32,000 bases of DNA. It comes from Clostridia bacterium. Its GTDB lineage: Bacteria > Bacillota > Clostridia > Oscillospirales > Acutalibacteraceae. Positions 22,806 to 29,788 of the stretch are shown here, one piece after another. Position 1 is the stretch's first letter; every line of letters starts with the position of its first letter. Under the pieces are notes generated by a model. That model had not been told where the DNA came from and did no database searches. It saw only the letters and a program-made list of their open reading frames with translations. The stretch is taken from contig JAFQRY010000032.1 of assembly GCA_017409845.1 (NCBI GenBank), positions 47,783-79,782 on the forward strand, given 5' to 3'. The translations under genes and the position numbers were made by a program.

Positions 22806-23642
22806 GTGAATGAAATAAGTGCATTGCCGTCAAATATCGTTGAGTGGCTGAAGGGGAGGGAGGAACTCTCCGAAATCAAGTTTCTCACCGAATTTCCGGC
22901 AATAAAAAAGGCTGTGCCGCTTAAAAACACAACGGTTGCGGTCGGCATAGAGAGCATGGAAATTGTTGATTCCTTTACGGAAAATGATGAGGGCGTGCTT
23001 GTTGAAAACGAATATTGCAGGCAGGCGAAAATCAGACTCAGGCTTTCAATCCATGCACCTTATTCGCTCGGCGGCGAAGCCTGCCATGATGCGTTTACGG
23101 ATATCATAGACTGCCTGACCTTTGCTTCGGGGCTTGATATTCTTTCCTCGGGCTGCAACGGGATTGTTTCGGACAGAGATACCGATGCATTTGTGCTCAG
23201 TGCGTGGGCAACGGTCAATGCCTCACTCTGCCCTGCGGCAAGCTCGGGTCTCGACTTTCCGTCATTCATAAGCAAGGATCTGCTCTGCGGCACGCATATA
23301 AATGATGCAGACATCCATCTTTCGCCCGAACAGCAGGAATATCTTGCAACGCCGTTTGAAAGCGGCTCGTATTTCGGCACGGGCGATTCGACGGGGACGG
23401 TTTCTCTCGGCTTCACACCGAGCGTTGTTATTGTTATCGGCAGCGGTCTTCCGATGATATTCTATAAAACTTCGGACAGCAGATACTATGCGACGGCGGC
23501 GGTCGGAACGGCAGACGGTGCGAGCCTCGGACTTGAGCTTACATCGAAGGGCTTCAAGGTGAGAAACGGGGTTGCATCAAAAAATGTTACGGCTAATCTC
23601 AACGAGCTCGGCATGACATATTTTTATCTGGCGTTCAAATAA
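22806..23642 (+). CDS. hypothetical phage structural protein: N-terminal tail-completion/terminator-like half fused to an unknown C-terminal beta domain
   Basis: 278 aa with a GTG start and GGAGGG 8 nt upstream. Last gene of the module. The C-terminal half contains GSYFGTGDSTGTVSLGFTPSVVIVIG. Confidence 0.45.
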   Translation: MNEISALPSNIVEWLKGREELSEIKFLTEFPAIKKAVPLKNTTVAVGIESMEIVDSFTENDEGVLVENEYCRQAKIRLRLSIHAPYSLGGEACHDAFTDIIDCLTFASGLDILSSGCNGIVSDRDTDAFVLSAWATVNASLCPAASSGLDFPSFISKDLLCGTHINDADIHLSPEQQEYLATPFESGSYFGTGDSTGTVSLGFTPSVVIVIGSGLPMIFYKTSDSRYYATAAVGTADGASLGLELTSKGFKVRNGVASKNVTANLNELGMTYFYLAFK

Positions 23643-23648
23643 AAGCAG

Positions 23649-23673
23649 CCCCGGATCCGCAAAGGATTCGGGG
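23649..23673. terminator. 10-bp hairpin between the convergent phage module and ydjC-like gene
   Basis: CCCCGGATCC-GCAAA-GGATTCGGGG. The minus-strand tail is CTGCTTTT and there is no T tract on the + strand. Confidence 0.55.
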
Positions 23674-23693
23674 CGTAGTAAATTAACAGTATT

Positions 23694-24599
23694 TTATTTT
23701 CTCATAGCTGCAAGGTCACGGTAGTTGATGAGCTTGATGCCGTGAGCCTCGATATGCTGCTTTGTTGCGGGGTCCTTCATAACCTGATATTCCCATACTC
23801 TTCTGTGCCATGCACCCGATGTACCCTTGAGGTCATCGGTTTCGATTGAGGGGTGAAGATAGGTTTCGGTTATGCCCTCGGGGAAGCTTGCATAGAGGTC
23901 ATAGAGATACTCTCTGAAATCCTCATAGCTGTTATCCTGAGGTCCGCCCCATTCGTTGGGAATAAGATGGTCGGGAAGTGCAACGCCGTTTGCTTTCGCA
24001 AACTCAATAATCTTTCCGTATACCATGTCAATCATGCTCTTGTCAACATTGATTTCGAGCATTGAGTTGCCGAGCATTGCATCCGAAAAGATGCCGGGCA
24101 GACGGAAGGGAAGACCGTATTCGCCGGCGATTGCAAGGGTTGTCTGAAGAAGCTCGAATCTGCCTGTTTCAATGCCGTAAAGCGAGCCCATGTGGTTGTC
24201 AAGATGTGAGGGGGTTGCAAGACCGAGCTTTTTGCAGCGTTCAATCTGTGCTCTGATTTCGCCCTCAACCTCGTCAATGTCAACATTCTGCTCAACCTGG
24301 TCGCTTTCGTGCCACATGAAGCCCTCTTCGTCACGCAGAGAGTCGGTGTTGCTTGTGTTGACGGGTGCCCAGCGGTATTTTGACCATTCGCTTGTGAATG
24401 TGAGGTGAACGCCGATTGCAAGCTCGGGATTTGCCGCTGCAAACTGACATGCCTCAGGTGCCCATGCACAGGGAGTCATTATTGTTGAAGAGGTGAGTGC
24501 ACTTTTTTCGTCTTTGAGAAGCTCCGTAACGGCAAGGTTTGCACCTCTGCACATGCCGAAATCGTCGGCGTTGATGATAAGATATCTGTCCATAGTCAT
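23694..24599 (-). CDS. YdjC/ChbG-family carbohydrate deacetylase
   Basis: Shows the N-terminal LIINADDFGM signature and is about 300 aa. The real start may be the third codon (ATG at 24593), which has better SD spacing. Confidence 0.75.
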   Translation of the reverse strand: MTMDRYLIINADDFGMCRGANLAVTELLKDEKSALTSSTIMTPCAWAPEACQFAAANPELAIGVHLTFTSEWSKYRWAPVNTSNTDSLRDEEGFMWHESDQVEQNVDIDEVEGEIRAQIERCKKLGLATPSHLDNHMGSLYGIETGRFELLQTTLAIAGEYGLPFRLPGIFSDAMLGNSMLEINVDKSMIDMVYGKIIEFAKANGVALPDHLIPNEWGGPQDNSYEDFREYLYDLYASFPEGITETYLHPSIETDDLKGTSGAWHRRVWEYQVMKDPATKQHIEAHGIKLINYRDLAAMRK

Positions 24600-24611
24600 T
24601 TTCCTTTCCGA

Positions 24612-26660
24612 TTATTTTATATCGTCATAATTGATTTTGTTGCCTGAGAATTTGTTGATATCAAGCTCTTTATCGCCGATAAATGCCTTGTCAACCTGCT
24701 TTATTCCCTTAACATACTCTTTTGTGCCGGGGCAGAACGGATAAAGTCCGAGCACACCGAAGATATACCAGATTGCGGTTGTGCCGTTATCCTCGTCGCC
24801 GGGGAAGCCGTCGTCTTCATATGAGAATAATTCATCACAGATTTTTCTGACCCAATAAGCAGATTTTTCAACCTCGCCGAGTGCGGAATAAATATAAGGA
24901 ATGTGGAAGCTCGGCTGATTATTCATGCCGCACTGACCGAAGTCAACCGCTGCCATTTCCGTTATTTCGTGGATTTCACAGCCGTAGCCGATTATTTCAT
25001 AATGGGGAGGAGTTGCGAAAAGCTCATCAATTTTTGCAATGAGCTTATCTTTTCCGCCGTAAAGCTCCGCAAGACCTTCAATATCATGGGGCACGGCAAA
25101 GGAATTCTGCCATGCACTGCCCTCGGTGTAGTCACGGCCCCAGCCGATGGGAGTGAAATCAGGTCTGAAATTGCCCTTTCGGTCTTTCGCACGCATGAAG
25201 CCTGTTTCGGGGTCGAAAAGATTTTTGTAGTTGAGAGCACGCTTTCTGTATTCCTTTTCGATATCGGTTTTGCCAAGGATTTTTGCGATTTCGGCAATGC
25301 ACCAGTCGCCGTAGGCAGCATCGAGAGTGAGGTTGACGGTCTCTTTTTCTTCTTCATAAGGAACATATCCGAGCTTGCAGTAGCTCTCCGCACCGTTTCT
25401 GCCGAAGCGGCTGTGGGGGGCATTTTTGACGGAATGCTTTATCATTCCCTCAAGTGCAATTTCAAGCGTATCATTATCAATGAAGCCCTTGACCGCACCG
25501 TCACAGATTACAGCATCAACAAGGGTGCTCGGCATGCAGCCGCATTCGCCGATTGAAAGCCATCTCGGAAGCCAGCCGCTTTCTGTATATTCATTGATGA
25601 AGGCGGTGAGCATTTCGCGGAGCTCGTCCTTAGCAACGAGCGAGAAGAAGGGATAAACGGTTCTGTAGGTATCCCAGAATCCGTTGTCGGTATATCTTTC
25701 GCCCTTTCTGACGGAGCCGTCATGCGGGCAGTAGTGAATTGCGTTGCCGTTTGCATCATATTCGTGGCACTTATGGGGATAAAGGAATGCACGGTACATG
25801 CATGAATAGAAAGTTCTGAGAAGCTTTTTGTTTTTTGTTTCAATCTTTACTCTTGAAAGGTATTCTTCCCATTTTGCTTCAGCGGAAGCCTTGACGGATT
25901 TGAGGGTTGCGCCCGTAAGCTCTGTTTTGAGGTTGAGGAGGGCCTGGCTGAAGCTTATGTATGATGAAGCAAGCAGGATTTCGGTTGATTTGTTTCTGAG
26001 AGCAATGTGAATTCCTGCTTTTTTACCTCTGATTTTTGTTCCGTTTCTGAATTTATCGTCGTTGCTGACAAGGATTTTTTCAACATCAACGCTTCCTTCG
26101 GGGAACTTAAGAACGATATAATTCTTGAATTTAACCGCTTCTCCGCTCATGTGCATATCGGTTGAAGCATAGAGTGTGTTTGTTTTTTCGTCGAAGCGGA
26201 AGGAGTTGTTGCCCTTGACGGGAGTGACGGAAAAATAATTGTCGGTATCCTCGTCAAAATCAACCTTTATTACCGCACCTCTCTCGGTCGGAGCAAGCTC
26301 GAAATCCGCTCTGCAGCGAAGGAAACGGTATTTGAGGCAATAAGGGGTAAGAACGGCATCCTCGGGTCTGAAGCCCGACCATCTGTCCTCGCCGTCAAAG
26401 CCGCCCATTTTTTTATTCTGAAGGCTGAAAAGCATTGCACCGTAATCCGCAATCCATGGTGAGGGCTGATGGGTAAGGCGGATTCCCTCAAGGCTGCGGC
26501 TGTCGGGATGATAATACCAGCGGATGTTGTTTTCAACGGTCTGCGGAGCAAACGCCGTCATACCGAAGGGGAGCTGCACAAGAGGCAGGGTGTTGCCGTT
26601 AGAATAACGGTGAACGGACTTACTGCCCTGCTTTGTGTTGACAAGATTGCAGTATTTCAT
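24612..26660 (-). CDS. glycoside hydrolase family 92-like (putative alpha-mannosidase), cytoplasmic
   Basis: 682 aa with no signal peptide. The N-terminal NGNTLPLVQLPFGMTAFAPQT and C-terminal FPGDEDNGTTAIWYIFGVLGLYPFCPG blocks resemble GH92 signatures. The GGAGA RBS lies inside the end of the upstream gene. Confidence 0.7.
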   Translation of the reverse strand: MKYCNLVNTKQGSKSVHRYSNGNTLPLVQLPFGMTAFAPQTVENNIRWYYHPDSRSLEGIRLTHQPSPWIADYGAMLFSLQNKKMGGFDGEDRWSGFRPEDAVLTPYCLKYRFLRCRADFELAPTERGAVIKVDFDEDTDNYFSVTPVKGNNSFRFDEKTNTLYASTDMHMSGEAVKFKNYIVLKFPEGSVDVEKILVSNDDKFRNGTKIRGKKAGIHIALRNKSTEILLASSYISFSQALLNLKTELTGATLKSVKASAEAKWEEYLSRVKIETKNKKLLRTFYSCMYRAFLYPHKCHEYDANGNAIHYCPHDGSVRKGERYTDNGFWDTYRTVYPFFSLVAKDELREMLTAFINEYTESGWLPRWLSIGECGCMPSTLVDAVICDGAVKGFIDNDTLEIALEGMIKHSVKNAPHSRFGRNGAESYCKLGYVPYEEEKETVNLTLDAAYGDWCIAEIAKILGKTDIEKEYRKRALNYKNLFDPETGFMRAKDRKGNFRPDFTPIGWGRDYTEGSAWQNSFAVPHDIEGLAELYGGKDKLIAKIDELFATPPHYEIIGYGCEIHEITEMAAVDFGQCGMNNQPSFHIPYIYSALGEVEKSAYWVRKICDELFSYEDDGFPGDEDNGTTAIWYIFGVLGLYPFCPGTKEYVKGIKQVDKAFIGDKELDINKFSGNKINYDDIK

Positions 26661-26662
26661 AA

Positions 26663-27742
26663 TTATTTCTCCATAATAATATTTATCAGGTTTTCAATGC
26701 CGTAACAACGGCTTTTTTTCATTGCTGTTTTCAGGAATTCCATGTTTGATGCTGAGTGTTCAACTTCCTTTGAATATCTCTGTATGATTTTGGTGCGTGT
26801 TTCTTTATCGGCATTCACGCTTGCCTGAAGTCTTTGAATAACGATGAATGACACCGCCGCAAGCTTTGCCTTTGTGAGCAGGTCACCGTCAAAAACAGCG
26901 GTCATAAAGTAGCGGAAAACGAAATAAACCATGAGATGCTCATATTCCCATTCAAAATCTGAGACAGTCTCCGCATATCCGATTATATCGGTTTTTTCTG
27001 CGGAGGAGAGGGCATCTTTCCATGATATATCAAGCATTTCAAACTCACGGAAATCTGAAAATATCTTTTTCAGCGTGCCGCTTTTTCTTCTTCGGGAGAA
27101 AGGCGGTTTTTCTTTTGCAAAATAATCCGCTGAAATCGCATCACGGATTTCATTGCATTTGTAATGTCTCACAAGCGGCGAAATTCTCCGTGAAAAATCA
27201 AGAAAGGCACAGACCCTTGCTTCAATTGTAAATTCTCTGTTCTGAAGTATATCAATCGCCTTTTTTCGTGCCTCAAGGAGTGTAAAATACAGCTCGGCAT
27301 CAATATCCGTCGGCTGCGGAAAATCAAGGGTGTTTTCCGTTTCAAAGGTTATCGGGTCGCTGCCGTGCATGATGATTCTTGCCGCTTCGGGGCAGGAGAG
27401 GGAAATTCCCGTTTCGCTTCTGGCACCGAAATATGTTATGTGGCGGGGAAACTGTCTGCAGGTGCGGCAGAGGTTTTCGTGACCGAGCTCAATATACATC
27501 TCGCAAAGTCCGCTTTCAAGAAGAAAGGGACAGCGGTTATTGACGGGAGTGAAAATTGTGTCGCCGTCCTCGTCAACGGAAAGAACGCTTCTGATTTTAT
27601 CGCCGAAGGGGGTGTCGGTATTCCGGTATTTTTCAAGGCTTTCATCGTCTGCAACAACCGCCCAGCCGGCACAGCAGGTGTCGGGGCATCGGTCGGCAAT
27701 GCAGGAAAAATATTTATAGTAGGATGGAAAAGTATTTTTCAT
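26663..27742 (-). CDS. FliB-like lysine-N-methylase family / Cys-cluster (CxxxC..CC) protein
   Basis: The N-terminus PSYYKYFSCIADRCPDTCCAGWAVVADDESLEKY matches, from memory, the N-terminal signature of flagellin lysine-N-methylase (FliB) family proteins. 359 aa. No flagellar genes are nearby. Confidence 0.5.
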   Translation of the reverse strand: MKNTFPSYYKYFSCIADRCPDTCCAGWAVVADDESLEKYRNTDTPFGDKIRSVLSVDEDGDTIFTPVNNRCPFLLESGLCEMYIELGHENLCRTCRQFPRHITYFGARSETGISLSCPEAARIIMHGSDPITFETENTLDFPQPTDIDAELYFTLLEARKKAIDILQNREFTIEARVCAFLDFSRRISPLVRHYKCNEIRDAISADYFAKEKPPFSRRRKSGTLKKIFSDFREFEMLDISWKDALSSAEKTDIIGYAETVSDFEWEYEHLMVYFVFRYFMTAVFDGDLLTKAKLAAVSFIVIQRLQASVNADKETRTKIIQRYSKEVEHSASNMEFLKTAMKKSRCYGIENLINIIMEK

Positions 27743-27752
27743 TTTTACTCCG

Positions 27753-27782
27753 AAAAACGGGCGACATCTTCATGTCACCCGT
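27753..27782 (-). terminator. rho-independent terminator after the kinase-like gene
   Basis: The minus strand reads ACGGGTGACAT-GAAG-ATGTCGCCCGT followed by TTTTC. It is followed immediately by the GGAG RBS of the FliB-like gene. Confidence 0.7.
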
Positions 27783-27791
27783 TTCAATCTG

Positions 27792-29576
27792 TTATTCCTC
27801 TTCGGGAACATATTCTTCGCCGTCGGCAGAGGGAGTGTCTTCTGCAGAGTTTTCGTCTTCCTCAAGCTCTTCGGGAGGAATGATTTCACCGTTTTCATCG
27901 GTCACAAGCTCGGTTTCGGGTGTGTAAACAATGAGATAGACCGTTGTTCCGGGAGGATATGCTTTTTCATAGCTGGGAGACATCGAAACTATTTCATTTT
28001 CACGGTGATTTCCCTGAGAGATTTCGTTTCTCTGACACACAAAGCCGAGCTCTTCAAGGCGTGCCACCGCTTCTTCATAATCGGAGCCGATAACATTGGG
28101 AAGAATAATTTCTTCCTCACCCTTGCTGACAAAGAGCGTTATTTTTGTGCCGGGAGCAACCATATCGTTGGGCTGAACGCTCTGACCGACAATGTAGCCC
28201 TCGGCTACTTCCTTGTCATAAACATATTCGGGATCGCCGAATTCAAAATTCTGGTTGAATACGGGATTTGACGAAATGTCAAGATAGCTTCTGCCTATGA
28301 AATTCGGAACGGCAATCGGCTCCGCCTGAGTCTGCTCAACGGAAGCAGAGGTTGTTGCCGAAGAATTTCCGAGGTTTATTGAAAGTCTGTCACGGAAAAC
28401 GGTAAATGCAAGTATGATAAATAAAACCAGACCTATTGCAATGCTGATTATCGCAGATGTGACAACAATCTGGGCACCGCCCTTGCTTTTCTTTTTGTTT
28501 CCTCCGTTTTTTGAAGATGCGGTGGAGGCAGGCTTGTGGGGGGCGGGTGCACCCGAAGGTGCGGGCGGAGGAGCAGCCTTCCTTTGCTGATACTGACCGC
28601 TTACCGCTGTTGCAACGGGAGAAGCCGAAAGCTCTGCTCTGAGCTGCTCAACGGTTCTTGTTCTGTCTTCGGGCAGAATCTGCAAAGCGTTGATAAGACC
28701 GTTGATGACATATGCCGGAAGTGCTTCCGCAAACTTTCCGGGCACCATGAGACGGTCGTTTGACATTCTTTCTTTTGCGGGAATGGGGTCACTGCCGATG
28801 AGGGTGCGGTAAAGCACTGCGGCAAAGGAATAGATATCCGTCCATGTTCCCTGACTGCCGTCAAAGCCGTATTGCTCGATTGCGGCGTAGCCGTCAAAAA
28901 GCTGGCTGTTGAGGTCGCTTCTTGCCGTTCTTGCGGCACCCGTGCAGAAGCCGGTTATTTTTATTTTTCCGTCCGACGAAATGATAAGAGTGGACGGTGA
29001 GATTCCCTTGTGGATTATTCCCGAGGAATGAAGGGTTCCGAGAGTTGAAAGAATGGGCATCAGAAGCTGCCTTGCCTTTTCCCACGGAATATAACCCGTT
29101 TTGCTTCTGAGCAGGAAATCCCTGAGAGTGATTCCCTCGAAATGCTCATAAACGGCATATGAGGTTCCGTAAGCTTCAATAACATCCGTGACGCTTATAA
29201 GAGCGGAAAGACCCCTGAGCCTTGCAAGTCTGGTCCAGAGCTCCTCGAAGCTCTGACGAAGCTCCGCAAAAATATCCTCGCTTCCCCTCATTACCTGAAG
29301 ATTGGGGTTTGAGGTGGTTCTTGTGGTGAACGAATCGGGAATGAATTCTCTGATTTTAACTGCTTTTTTTTCGGCGATATCCCAGCCGATGTATGTTGCG
29401 CCTTCTCCGTTGTATTCGAGCATTTTGCCGACAAGGTATCTGTTGGCAATAACCGTTCTGATGGGGAGATAGGGCGGAATCTGAGCCGCTTCGGAAATAA
29501 AGCCGCAGTGGGGGCACTGACCCGCACCGCCGGTTTCACGCATGCAGCCCATGCATAAATTATCTGAACTAATCAT
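27792..29576 (-). CDS. Zn-ribbon / Hanks-type kinase-fold (predicted pseudokinase) / TM / 2x PASTA protein
   Basis: N-terminal CMGC..CPHC zinc ribbon. Kinase fold with AVKIRE (Lys retained). LHSSGIIHKGISPSTLII replaces HRDxKPxN and KITGFCTG replaces DFG. A Pro/Ala-rich linker and a TM helix (IVVTSAIISIAIGLVLFIILAF) follow. Two PASTA-like repeats start at VPNFIGRSY and LPNVIGSDY, and the protein ends in an acidic tail. Confidence 0.8.
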   Translation of the reverse strand: MISSDNLCMGCMRETGGAGQCPHCGFISEAAQIPPYLPIRTVIANRYLVGKMLEYNGEGATYIGWDIAEKKAVKIREFIPDSFTTRTTSNPNLQVMRGSEDIFAELRQSFEELWTRLARLRGLSALISVTDVIEAYGTSYAVYEHFEGITLRDFLLRSKTGYIPWEKARQLLMPILSTLGTLHSSGIIHKGISPSTLIISSDGKIKITGFCTGAARTARSDLNSQLFDGYAAIEQYGFDGSQGTWTDIYSFAAVLYRTLIGSDPIPAKERMSNDRLMVPGKFAEALPAYVINGLINALQILPEDRTRTVEQLRAELSASPVATAVSGQYQQRKAAPPPAPSGAPAPHKPASTASSKNGGNKKKSKGGAQIVVTSAIISIAIGLVLFIILAFTVFRDRLSINLGNSSATTSASVEQTQAEPIAVPNFIGRSYLDISSNPVFNQNFEFGDPEYVYDKEVAEGYIVGQSVQPNDMVAPGTKITLFVSKGEEEIILPNVIGSDYEEAVARLEELGFVCQRNEISQGNHRENEIVSMSPSYEKAYPPGTTVYLIVYTPETELVTDENGEIIPPEELEEDENSAEDTPSADGEEYVPEEE

Positions 29577-29615
29577 TTGTCAGGCACTCCTTGCCATTAT
29601 AATCAGAATACAGAA

Positions 29616-29644
29616 ATAATATCAAATATGTGCATTTTTGTCAA
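29616..29644 (-). promoter_or_regulatory. candidate sigma-A promoter of the kinase-like gene
   Basis: The minus strand reads TTGACA (29639-29644), 17 nt, TATTAT (29616-29621). Confidence 0.45.
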
Positions 29645-29728
29645 TGAAGGTGACATAATTGTAACCTTTATCGTCAAAATGACAAAGTTTTACAAGAATA
29701 ATTTGGCAGTAATAATTATAATATACTC

Positions 29729-29757
29729 TTGAAAATATAATTAATAATTGATATAAT
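29729..29757 (+). promoter_or_regulatory. candidate sigma-A promoter of the glg operon
   Basis: TTGAAA (29729-29734), 17 nt, TATAAT (29752-29757), 31 nt upstream of the glgB ATG. Confidence 0.5.
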
Positions 29758-29788
29758 ATTACCGATTGAAAAGCGAGGGCTTTCAGTT

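Larger units (their letters stand above)
16964..23642 (+). mobile_element. tail-less phage-derived packaging/head/neck gene module (prophage remnant, satellite-like or domesticated element)
   Basis: Nine co-directional genes separated by overlaps or gaps of 14 nt or less: terS, terL, portal, S78 protease/scaffold, decoration-like, major capsid and three neck-like proteins. No tail, lysis, integrase, repressor or replication genes flank it. Confidence 0.75.
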
